Part shown: positions 24,293-34,960 of the stretch, one piece after another | Layout: each line of letters starts with the position of its first letter | Position numbering within the stretch: position 1 is the stretch's first letter | DNA from: Novakomyces olei | Lineage: Eukaryota | Assembly: GCA_016906335.1 (NCBI GenBank) | Contig: JADEYG010000009.1 | Coordinates: forward strand, 1,426,001 to 1,490,000 | Direction of reading: 5' to 3' | DNA: 64,000 nucleotides | Made by a program: the position numbers and the translations under genes | Notes under the pieces: model-generated | The model's database searches: none | Seen by the model: only the letters and a program-made list of their open reading frames with translations | What the model was told of the DNA's origin: nothing

Positions 24293-24328
24293 AACCCTAA
24301 CTAACCCTAACCCTAATTATAACCCTAA
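24293..24328. promoter_or_regulatory. Cluster of telomere-like AACCCTAA boxes in a bidirectional promoter
   Basis: AACCCTAACTAACCCTAACCCTAATTATAACCCTAA lies between the divergent DPM2 and VMA12 starts. Confidence 0.55.
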
Positions 24329-24384
24329 GAAGATAGTTTTGATCGACCATAATTGTTTCCGGTCGTCATCCACGTCGCTCCACC

Positions 24385-25134
24385 ATGGTTCTTGTTGCGC
24401 GCACAGAGGCCATGAACGCCGCGCTGGCAGAGTTGGCGCGCGCAGAGCCACAGAAATGGCCGCAACTTGAAGGCAGTACACTTGAAGATAGTACTGTTCG
24501 CGCGGCCGCGTCTGCTCATCTCCGAAACGGACGCACAGATTTCGCATTGCACAAACTGCTGCACAAGTCATTCATTGTCGTACCAAAGCCCCCTGCGCCG
24601 GAATTGACGCCAGAGCAAGAGCAAAAGGTAGGCTTTGTGCTAATTTTTTTCTTTCTTATTTATTTTACTAATTTAATTAATTTCTTTATTTTTTATTGTT
24701 TTTATTTTCTTTTTTCAAATCTGCTCGACACTGACAACTAGCGTGCTGCGTTTCGTTCTCATCTCGACAGATTGAAACGGCAACTCGCAGAGAAAGAATA
24801 CCAGGCACGTATTCGTGAGGTAAACCAATCAGCTGAGCCATTACGGCTCTTTTCCGCACAAGAAAAAGACGAGATAAGTGTACAGTTAAGTGCTATAATG
24901 AACATTTTGTTCTCTATGGCAAGCGTGGCTACTGCCGTTTGGTGGTGGACGGGCCATTGGACGCCCGGCAGCCGACTTGCGCTTGCGTTTGTCACTGTGG
25001 TGGTTGTAGGCGGAGCTGAGACTTGGCTTTTTGTACATCACATGCAAGCAACAGAACGCAAGCGAGCTGCACCTCCTCTAGAGACCCGTAATACATTAGC
25101 GGTTCGACAAGTGGGAGGCGCAAAATCAGACTAG
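24385..25134 (+). CDS. VMA12: ER V-ATPase assembly factor Vma12/Vph2
   Basis: MVLVART, LHKLL...PKPPAPE, LKRQLAEKEYQ and QLSAIMNILFSMASVATAVWWW..GGAETWLF (two TMs); intron 24628-24741. Confidence 0.8.
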
Positions 25135-25554
25135 AATGGGAGTATTTCCATGTCATTGTAATAATAGGCTTAACGGCTTTTCACTGGACACTTGCCCGCT
25201 CATTTTGACTGGCAACTGAGAGTTTATTGACTTGTAGCTCCGCTGCTTATAGCTGCGTCTAGAAAAGGGAGTATCCTCTATTCAATGCCGATTCTTATAC
25301 ATGGCGAGAAATGGACGCTGGTACGAATGAGCGCCGATTTAAAAATACTGCAAAGCGTCCAGACTCAAAAAGATGCAATGCTCGATTTTGTGCGGGCCAC
25401 GCTCTGCACGCCAAGGCTCAGCTAAGTCATGATGACTGTAAAAAGGGAAACGCCCGGCACATGTTCATTTTCTACACATTCTATTGACATGATCTATGTA
25501 CTGGTGAATGGTAATAACAAAGTCGATTGTGAGAGGCTTACGAAAAGCTTTACG

Positions 25555-25622
25555 ACTAATCGACAATTTAATCGACAATTTATCGACAATTTATCCACAA
25601 TTTAATCGACAGTTTAATCGAT
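25555..25622. repeat. 11-12 bp tandem repeat (ATCGACAATTT)
   Basis: About 5-6 imperfect copies upstream of NFU1. Confidence 0.85.
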
Positions 25623-25917
25623 AAACAATACACATGCAATCGTCTTTAATAATTTTCTGGCAAAATCATAGACAATACCTCTCAGTCCTCCCTCAGTGTA
25701 TCTATCGTCCGTAATAGCGAATCATAATAGTATGACGCAACACTCTTGCGTAAATTACGCTTTAGCGTAAAAGTTAATCTTGCGCAAAACTCGTACGTAT
25801 AATTGGCCAACAGGCTTTTATATACAGCGAGTTTCTACCAGAAAACCCTAAACTTATACTCGCTATATAACCATCCATTCACAATTAATAATAATATATT
25901 AATAAATCGCAACCACA

Positions 25918-26811
25918 ATGCCGATCGTGTATGCATCGTCAGCCCGAGGCAGCGGCCTCTGTGTTGCGTGTCTGCGAGGCGCAGCGCCCTTTACTGCTCG
26001 GCGCTTCAAGTTCCCGACAAGCGCTATTGCCAGCGGCAGCCAGCCGGCGCGGAAGCACAGCGTTTCGGCTTTCCGGCCGGCTCTGCGACCAGAGCCCCGG
26101 CTGCGCTTGGACGCAGCTCCGGGCTTTGCTCGCCAGCGAAATGCGAGTATAACACGCAGCCTGTGGATCCAAAGTGAGCAAACACCGAATGAAAACGCAC
26201 TCAAGTTTCTGCCCGGCACAGAAATTCTACCGGCTTCTGTTGGAGGCACAATAGAGTTTTTACGTGCCAGCGAAACTGCGCATGCGCCCTTGGCTCGCCG
26301 GCTTTTCGGTGTGGATGGAGTTGAGCATGTAATGTACGGGCGGGACTTTATCACCGTTGAAAAGTCTCCCGATTTCACGTGGGCTCAGCTGAAGCCGGAA
26401 ATCTTTAGTATTATTATGGAGCATCTGAGCTCAGGCCAGCCGGTTCTGGCCGAGGGAACACAGGTAGCCAGCGATACTGCGATACTTGACTCGGATGACG
26501 AGGTAGTGGCAATGATCAAGGAGCTTTTGGACACGCGGATTCGGCCCATGATCCAGGACGATGGCGGTGATATCGAGTACCGTGGGTTCTCACCCGACTC
26601 GGGTACTGTACGACTCAAGCTTCGTGGAGCCTGCCGCACCTGCGACTCTAGCACTGTCACTCTGCGGAACGGTATAGAGTCGATGCTGAAGCATTACATC
26701 CCGGAGGTGGAGGGTGTAGAGCAGGTCTTGGATCCGGAAGAAGAGGTGGCACTCGATGAGTTTGAAAAGTTTGAGCGCGATCTTGAAGCTCGGCGGCAGC
26801 ATGAGCATTGA
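25918..26811 (+). CDS. NFU1: Mitochondrial Fe-S scaffold Nfu1
   Basis: Presequence, TPNENALKFLP, IKELLDTRIRPMIQDDGGDI and GACRTCDSS (CxxC). Confidence 0.96.
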   Translation: MPIVYASSARGSGLCVACLRGAAPFTARRFKFPTSAIASGSQPARKHSVSAFRPALRPEPRLRLDAAPGFARQRNASITRSLWIQSEQTPNENALKFLPGTEILPASVGGTIEFLRASETAHAPLARRLFGVDGVEHVMYGRDFITVEKSPDFTWAQLKPEIFSIIMEHLSSGQPVLAEGTQVASDTAILDSDDEVVAMIKELLDTRIRPMIQDDGGDIEYRGFSPDSGTVRLKLRGACRTCDSSTVTLRNGIESMLKHYIPEVEGVEQVLDPEEEVALDEFEKFERDLEARRQHEH

Positions 26812-27201
26812 TTTTGACTGCTCTTCTTTTTCTTTTTTTTTATGATCAGGAGATTGTCTAGTATTGGGTTTATTGGATGTGGCATTAATCATATTTATTT
26901 GACGTTTTCCCTCGTAGTCTGTCTAGTCTCGTTATGCTGGTCGGGCGTTCACCAATGGTTCAAAGTACAGACTTGAAATTACGTAGGGGATAGTCCGTGC
27001 TTTACGTATTTTATATATAAAAGTAGTAAGTTTATAGCATTCAATAGAAACGTACCAATCTGACTAAAGTACTATATGCTATTACTATCAGACAGTACTG
27101 CTATAGATTGCAAATGTCATTATGAACGATACGTAATTGCAATAATTGTAACGTGATACAAAGGTACAATCATCTGGAACATATAATAAAATAAATAAAT
27201 C

Positions 27202-27237
<36 letters not shown>

Positions 27238-27272
27238 TAAATTCGAAATAATCACCTGTCGAGTGTATTGCA

Positions 27273-27788
27273 ATGCCGCCCTCAGGCTCAAACCCGTATG
27301 AGAATTGCACTAGCGGCTCTTACCAGTCGCAAATGCACGCGCAGACGTATGAGGACAAGCACCATGACGCGTCTCGTCCGTTCCATTTTTGTCGGTTGCT
27401 GAGTAACAACTACCGCGACGCTAAACACCACCAGCGCGAACAGTTGCAGCAGCAGCACAATGACAGTGTCGCTAGGCGGCACTCACAGCACAGCCACCAG
27501 CACAATCATCATCGCCACTATGGCCACTTCCACGGCCACGGCCAAACGCAGGGCAGTTCTGGTCCTCAGCCTGGTCCTCAGCAGGGCTCTCAGCAACAGA
27601 TACCCAATTACCCTTACGACAGCGCCAAGGCCCCCGCGCCTGCGAGCGAGAGCAGTAGTACGGTGGACAGTATGAGCACTGGCAGCAGTGCTATTGATCC
27701 GCGCACGGGCCGGAAACCGCTGGTCAGAAACTCGAGCTTTGAGTATGCGGATTTCAAGCACCAAATGCAGCGCCAAGCCTGGACATGA
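27273..27788 (+). CDS. Hypothetical His/Gln/Ser-rich low-complexity protein
   Basis: 171-aa GC-rich ORF flanked by AT-rich DNA; no family recognised. Confidence 0.6.
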   Translation: MPPSGSNPYENCTSGSYQSQMHAQTYEDKHHDASRPFHFCRLLSNNYRDAKHHQREQLQQQHNDSVARRHSQHSHQHNHHRHYGHFHGHGQTQGSSGPQPGPQQGSQQQIPNYPYDSAKAPAPASESSSTVDSMSTGSSAIDPRTGRKPLVRNSSFEYADFKHQMQRQAWT

Positions 27789-28545
27789 CGTTCAGTTGGT
27801 TGAGCAGCAACTGGCAATAAGAGTGCTGTTTAGGGGAAGAGCATACTGCCTAAGGCAATAAGAGTGTCAAGTGTCGAATGTCAAATGTCAAATGAGCAAG
27901 AGTAGCGAGTAGCGATTATAAGAATTAACGAACGTCTGGTTTTTGTCTCAAGTGCCCCCTCCAAATATCGCGGCCATATGGTTCTACGGCTAGCGTGTCT
28001 TGAGAAATGGGGGTTTGTGAGAGGAAGGCGTTGGTATAACGGGTTTCGGGCACAGTTGTGGCGTGGATTGTTAGTGAGCTTTTGTGCGATACGGTGACTG
28101 ATAGGATTAAACTAATTAAACCAATTATTGTCCGACAGCCGGAACTTTGATGAGTAGTTTGTTTGCAGAGAATAGAGAGAATAGAGACAGCAGCTAAACC
28201 AGTGTAAAGATGGAAAGTTTACAGCTTTGTAATTTTAGTGGAATGAACTAATAACATTATTGCTTCTTGTTGGCGGTCCGTAGGGAATTGAACAATTTGC
28301 CAAACCAGCCAATTTATTATTGCGACGCAAACAATTACAATAATGATGAAATTATAATAATGACGATGATTGTAATAAAAAGATGATAATATCAATAATT
28401 CAAACTGTATCCCCAATGATATCACATATATAATACGCACAGATAGTATACAGAGCAATATACAATAATTAAAGGAAAATGATCACTGAACCGAATCGCG
28501 AGAATAAGGGCCGCTGAGACAGCAACCAAATTATGGATAAACCAG

Positions 28546-30182
28546 ATGCAATCCAGGTTTAAAGCAAAATCAAAAATGCATAATTAGCACAGTATGAGGG
28601 CCAGGGATCAGCAGGCGAAACGGTATGCCGTACTGGGGTTCATTTCGTCTGGCACTTATGGAAAAGTTTACAAGGCGGCTTCAAAGTACGTTGCATCGTT
28701 ATATATGAGACATTGGCTTATCGCTAAAGGACGCACAAAGGCTTGTTTGCAATTAAAAAGTTCAAACCCGATCGTGAAGGTGAGCAGGTCGCATTTACTG
28801 GAATATCGCAATCGGCATGTCGGGAAATGGCAGTAAGCTTCCAAGAGAAACTGATGAATTAAACACTAATTGATTCAAGCTGTGTCGAGAGCTTAGCCAT
28901 GAGAACGTTGTGGGATTAGTGGAGAGCATTTTGGAAAACAAGTGTATACATCTTGTTTTCGAGTACGCCGAACATGATTTGCTTGTACGCTCTCTTTTTG
29001 ACTTTAAGCTCCATGCTTATTTATTTTTTTCTTATTTTCTGTCAATTTTTATTCAACAGTTCACTAATAGCAGCAAATGATCCACCACCATATGCACCCG
29101 ACTGTACGGAAAATGCCTGAGCCAACTATTCGTAGTGTCATGTACCAATTGCTCTCTGGCATTGAATATTTACATCGAAATTGGGTTCTACATCGTGACT
29201 TGAAACCGGCCAATATTATGGTGAACTCCGAGGGTGTTGTTAAAATTGGTATTTTTTTTTCCTTTGTTTAATTTTGTATTTAATTATTTTTAATTTTTGT
29301 TGCAGCAACTGACAGATTTTGCAAATAGGCGATCTTGGTCTCGCCCGACTTTACCATTCGTTGCCACAAACGTTGTACGAAAGCGATAAAGTTGTCGTGA
29401 CCATATGGTATCGTGCACCGGAGCTTTTACTCGGCTCGAAGCATTATACACCAGCTATAGGTGAGAATCCGCTTGATATGCATGCTAATAATCGAAAATA
29501 ACCATAATAAAACGAGATTTACTAATGGCTAGACATGTGGGCGCTTGGTTGTATTTTTGCGGAGCTACTTGCGTTACGCCCTATTTTTAAAGGCGAGGAG
29601 GTCAAAATGAGCAACAAGAAGCAGATGCCATTTCAAAAAATCCAGATGCAAAGGATTATGGAGATTCTCGGTACGCCGACGGAGCAGCAACTTCCGGAAT
29701 TACGTGCTTTTCCAGAATATTCACAGTTAGCTGCTATGAGGCCGATTTACTGGTGCAATCTTTTGGAAACGTGGTACTCGTCGTGCGGATCTTACTCCTC
29801 CCAAGGACTTGATTTACTCGGCCAACTTTTCGCTTACGACGCTAATGCTCGGCCGAATGCTAGTCATGCTTTAAAGCATCCTTATTTTACTGCCAGCGAT
29901 CCCCCAGTGAGCCAAATGAACTGTTTCCAAAATTCATCAGAGCGATATCCTCAACGTCGGATACAAACAGAGGATGTCGACCTCAACTCTGCAAGCTTCA
30001 GTGTCTCGACTGCTGCAAAAGCTGGTGGAGCTCCTCCTGCATCTGCTCAAAAAGCTGACAGTTCTTCTTCAAGTACTCATAAGCCGGGTAATGTCCCACC
30101 AACTGCTTCAGCAATAGCTGCCAAGCGAAACTTTACTGTCTCGGCCGCTACACAGGCTAAACAAAAGCGTCAGAAACGATAG
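28546..30182 (+). CDS. SSN3: Mediator kinase Cdk8/Ssn3/Srb10
   Basis: [49 protein letters not shown] and [15 protein letters not shown]; multi-exon. The start may be 28546 or 28594. Confidence 0.95.
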
Positions 30183-31059
30183 TCGACTGCATTTATTATG
30201 TTTCTTAGAGAGAGACGCCTTATCTATTTTATCTAACATTATTGCTCATTGTATTGCACTCTATTCTGCATTATTAAATCGTCTTTTGTTCATTGCTGAA
30301 TACGGACTATGATTATTAGTATGAACCACTACACAAATCAAGCGATCCCGCAAATAGAATATTGTAAGCAGAAAACGGAACTAAAGACTTCAGATTGACA
30401 GAGTCTTGCGATCATAGAGTAGAGAGCCAGAGAACAAAACAGCATAATCAGAGCCATAATCATTTCAGCAAATTTAGCACATTTTTGTTGAAAGGCCTTG
30501 AAAGCAATTTCGAGCAGTCAGTCCAAGGAAGCATGAGCGTGGAGCGTATGACGTAGCAAGCAGGCAAATAAAACACCATAAAAAAAAGCCTTGAAAAAGC
30601 CTTGAAAAAGCCTTTATTTTGGCTGTAAACAAAACAGCGACAACGGCTTTGCTCTTGCGATTACATACAAACTGATATTTTACATAATAAATCACGAATT
30701 GCCAGATAAATCAGTAGACTTGTCATTTAAGCAGTACTGCACGCAACGATACTTACATATATCGCCCACAGCTGGCAACACGTATGCTAAAAAAGCAAAA
30801 GCCCGGTTAGTCTGGATCGTTAGTCCGGGTGCTGTGTGCAAGTTCTGCCTTGCTTTCTAGTGTGCTCGTGAAAAAAAAAGAGAAAAATCGACGCAAAATT
30901 GCACCTGGCTCACTGCGCTATTTTATTATACTTTTTTCGTGACGAGGCTGTGATCACTACAATATTTACAGGGTTCATTTAGCTTGACTGAGGTAGCCTT
31001 GAGAGAGGAAAACCTGGGCACGACCAGAAGATTACGCAAGAAAAATAAATCGAGACACG

Positions 31060-32262
31060 ATGAGCAATTTACGCGGGTCGCAGCAGATGTACAACCAGTT
31101 CCGCCAAATGCTGGCCGCCCAGTCTCGCACTGGAGGCGGTGGAGGCAGAGGCCCCGGAGGGCCTGGCCGTATATTGGCCGGTGGAGGCGGTCTAGTAGCC
31201 TTAATTGCTGCTGGCGTGGCCATCAATGCTTCCCTGTTTAACGGTATGCTTGAGTATAAAAAATCAGGAAAATAGAAAAAAATTGGATCAACAATCGAAG
31301 GCTAATTGGTCTAGTCGACGGAGGTCACCGTGCTATTAAATATACCCGTCTTCACGGTGTGAGCCGGGAGATATACCCGGAAGGCACTCATTTTATGATT
31401 CCCTGGTTTGAAAATATTATCGACTATGATGTGCGGGCCAAGCCTCTCAATATTTCGTCACTCACGGGCACTAAAGGTATTAGCGCTAGGCTTTATCTCT
31501 TTCTGCGAAGATATTTACTTTTTGTAACGTATTTGTCTGCCAAATGCCGTTGTTTGCTACACCTCTTTTATTCCATTACCTCTCTTTTATTTTCATGATG
31601 GTTTGCGTTTGTCCAGGGTTTTATTTTATTTACTAGACTTGCACAATATATCTTGCAGTGTACTAATTTTAGATTTGCAAATGGTAAATATCACTTGCCG
31701 TGTACTGTCTCGACCGAGAGTCGAAGAGCTGCCCACTATTTATCGTACTCTGGGCACTGACTATGACTCTATTGTGATCCCCTCGATCGTACACGAAGCG
31801 CTTAAAAGCGTTATTGCTCAGTTTACCGCTAGTCAGCTGATAACGCAGCGTGAACGTATCTCCCGGCTCGTGCGTGAGAACATGCTGGGTCGTGCAAGCA
31901 AGTTCAATATCGTACTCGACGATGTGTCACTCACTCACGTGCAATTCTCGCCTGATTTTGCTGCTGCTGTAGAGCAGAAACAGATTGCTCAACAAGACGT
32001 TCATCGTGCTGCCTTTATCGTAGACTCTGCGCGACAAGAAAAACAGGCTCAAATTGTGGCATCTGAGGGTGAGGCTCGCGCAGCCAGCCTGATCGGAAAA
32101 GCAGTTGGGCAAAACCCTGGATTTATTGAACTAAAACGTGTGGAAACTGCACGCGAAATTGCTCACATTCTGGCTGATGGAAAGAACAAGATGCTATTGG
32201 ATTCACAGTCGCTTTTACTCAGTGTCGTTGATCCCAACCGGGATAGCAAGCCACGGAAATAA
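31060..32262 (+). CDS. PHB2: Prohibitin-2
   Basis: N-terminal TM, NVDGGHRAIKY, YDVRAKP.NISSLTGTKDLQMVNITCRVLSRP and KQIAQQD; 2 introns. Confidence 0.95.
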
Positions 32263-33248
32263 GTCATCCCATCTAATTCACAAAATTGCGTTTACCCGTC
32301 CAGTAACATTTCGTCCGGTAGGATTGTGCTATTTTGGAATTGAACTAGTCCAGGATCGTAAAATATTTAAATGTAAAAAAAGATGGCTCTAAAAGACAGT
32401 CTATATATAATCATATTATTGGTATTAATATAGTGTAAAATGTGAACGCGAAGCATATGATGCGCAGTAAGACTCTGCTGACATTTTTTCAAAGACTCGT
32501 GTTGAAATTCTACATTATTAAAAGGCCGTCTCAAGATTGAAATGCTCCACGGTAATATGGAGACTACAAAATATAAATTTACTATATAAAATTTACCGCA
32601 TAAATTATACCTATAAAAAGTCTGCGATTAACAAGGTACATATCACTCAAGAGTTATATTGCAAAATGTTTCGAGTAATCTATACTGTTAATCGTTCATA
32701 AATCGTTCATAATTTTATTTAGTCGATTATTTAGTTATTTTCTTATTCTTTATATTATTCTTGTTGAAATATGGACTCTGTCAACTTATAAATTTACTGT
32801 TCTAAATACTCTCATTCCTTCAGCCAAAATTGAAACTATTACGATCTGTCTTTACCCCGTATTGCTTATCTACTTTCAGGATATGAATATATATATCTAT
32901 GGATGAAACCCTTTGACCTTAGGGGAATTTCACTGTCTTTTACTGTAGCAAGATTATTAATATTAACCGTTCGAACAACCTATCCAACAATAATTTACAT
33001 CAATAATTACAACAATTCTTTTATATTATTTGTCATAGTATTCTTGCATTATCCTCATTATTTTCATATTATTTTCATTATTTTTATATTATCCTCATTA
33101 TTTTTATATTATCCCTCATTATTTTCATATTATTTTCATATTATTTTCATATTATTCTTGTATTCTTGTATAATCCTCGTATTATTCTCAGTTGAAATAC
33201 TGGAATAAAACATTAATTCAGTAATATACGCAATAGATCTATCTGTTC

Positions 33249-33290
33249 ACGCGTATAATATAATAAAGGCACAAATCGCGCAGCACGCGT
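33249..33290. promoter_or_regulatory. Two MCB (ACGCGT) elements
   Basis: ACGCGT at 33249-33254 and 33285-33290, within 60 bp of the ATG at 33308. Confidence 0.45.
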
Positions 33291-33307
33291 AACAAGATAG
33301 CAGCGCA

Positions 33308-34255
33308 ATGCGACACAAGCCAATGCTGTCGGTCGATGTGCCGCGCAACACGGACGGCACTATTGCCGCGGGAATTAACGGCTCCGGAAATAACGGCTCC
33401 GGAACGGCGAGCGGACCCGTAACGCCGGCGCCGCTAATGACTCCGCTTTTACGGGCGACGAGTGGAGCCGTGGGAGGCGGATACTTTGGCGCGGCAGAGC
33501 CGATGCAGCGGTCCGCGTCGCTCGCGTCTTCCGACGCCGATGACGACGAAGTCACGTGTGACAGACGCGAAGACGCGCGGTGGACAGAGAGCGAAAAACG
33601 CGAACTGCTCCGCGCGTATTCGCGTCTCGTTGATTGGCCAATCACGAGCGATCCAATCGCGCCCTTTGACGCGGCCGATCCGCCCCCGCATATATTGACG
33701 CGTGTATGCACAGACTACTTTTGCACAAGTAATCGCGCTCACAGTGTACGCGATACACGCGTCTGCCTCCGCAGTCTTGTAAAGCAGCATTACGCGTCTT
33801 TTATGGCCCAAAAATCGGCACATAATTTGCCCCACAATTTACGCGCCCACGTGTCGGCGGCCGACACGTGCGCCGGCAGCCGAATGCGGCACTTTGCCTT
33901 TGACGAGTCACGTGGTCTGCCTTATTCCCGACCGGTGCCTGGTAAAACCGGAGTCAGTGCCGGAGTCAGTGCTAATGAGCCTGCTGCGTCTGCCGCCACT
34001 TTGGAGCCGTCGCTGGCTTCGCCGTTTGAGGAAAAGACAATGATTTTCCCGACGGCTCTGCGATCATCGTCTGCCTCTGCTCTGCACAAGAATGGAGGAG
34101 CGAGTGCCGCTGTAAACGGCACTGCTCCTCTAAGACGTCGGAGCTCTTCTACTCGTGCTGCCTCGGGTGCTCGTGGTATTCCCATGACACGGACACCGAG
34201 CTCGCTGAGTCGGACCTCGACGGCCGCTGACTGGGAAGCTGAGCTGGAAGTTTAG
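33308..34255 (+). CDS. Hypothetical protein, 315 aa
   Basis: Long GC-rich intronless ORF between very AT-rich flanks; the core WTESEKRELLRAY..DPIAPF...PPPHILTRV..HSVRDTR looks folded. Confidence 0.75.
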   Translation: MRHKPMLSVDVPRNTDGTIAAGINGSGNNGSGTASGPVTPAPLMTPLLRATSGAVGGGYFGAAEPMQRSASLASSDADDDEVTCDRREDARWTESEKRELLRAYSRLVDWPITSDPIAPFDAADPPPHILTRVCTDYFCTSNRAHSVRDTRVCLRSLVKQHYASFMAQKSAHNLPHNLRAHVSAADTCAGSRMRHFAFDESRGLPYSRPVPGKTGVSAGVSANEPAASAATLEPSLASPFEEKTMIFPTALRSSSASALHKNGGASAAVNGTAPLRRRSSSTRAASGARGIPMTRTPSSLSRTSTAADWEAELEV

Positions 34256-34271
34256 CCGGCCGAGTCGGCTT

Positions 34272-34326
34272 GGAATTGGAATTGGAATTGGAATTGGAAT
34301 TGGAATTGGAATTGGAATTGGAATTG
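34272..34326 (+). repeat. (GGAATT)n hexanucleotide microsatellite
   Basis: About 9 perfect copies just after the 34255 stop. Confidence 0.95.
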
Positions 34327-34960
34327 CGTTCGCTTTTGTCATCAAATGGACGGGGACAAGAGTCTAACCAGCGAGGCTCACTGGCCGGCTTTTATTGATT
34401 TACTGCCCATTAATTATAGTGCATGTCGGCCTGTTTTGGTTGTTTGGCGGCAGATTTGACTTGTGTTGGGGTACCGGGGTTTATTCTTTTTGACGTTTAA
34501 TTTTATTTTATTTTATCTGATTGATTTTATTTTATTTATTTACTCTATTATTCATTTCATGTATTTTACTTTTACATATTTGTTTTTTTAAAACCTTCTT
34601 TTGTTTTGATTAGCAGGAACGTGTCAGTGTTGAGCTTGGCTGTGTAGGAGAAATAGACAAAAAAAGATTTGGTTCATCGTGTGCTCAAGGGCCTTTTGTA
34701 TTTGTGTTTGACTAAATGTACTAGTCAATCTTCTATTTTAGTAGAAATGTATATACCCATTGGGTTTGCATTTACATGTTTCCGTGTCTAGAACGGCCAA
34801 AGATAGACCAGAACTCTGTAGGTGATCACTATATAACAAATTGACACGATAAAATAATAAACAATTAAAATTAAATTCAATATGGATTGACTTGTGTAGT
34901 TAGCTACTAATGAATATTTTCTTTATTTTTTTTTCAAGCTTATTTTAATAATTCAATTGA

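Noticed and set aside
24293-24328. Telomerase RNA template candidate
   Set aside because: It lies in a ~190-bp spacer between two start codons, too small for a fungal TER, and has multiple copies rather than one ~1.5-repeat template.
1172-25134. ALG12 and DPM2 (Dol-P-Man user and producer) as a functional gene cluster
   Set aside because: They are over 20 kb apart with about ten unrelated housekeeping genes between; consistent with chance.
32903-33208. 101-aa hydrophobic ORF
   Set aside because: It arises from a degenerate TTATTTTCATA-type repeat in a promoter region and has no coding signature.
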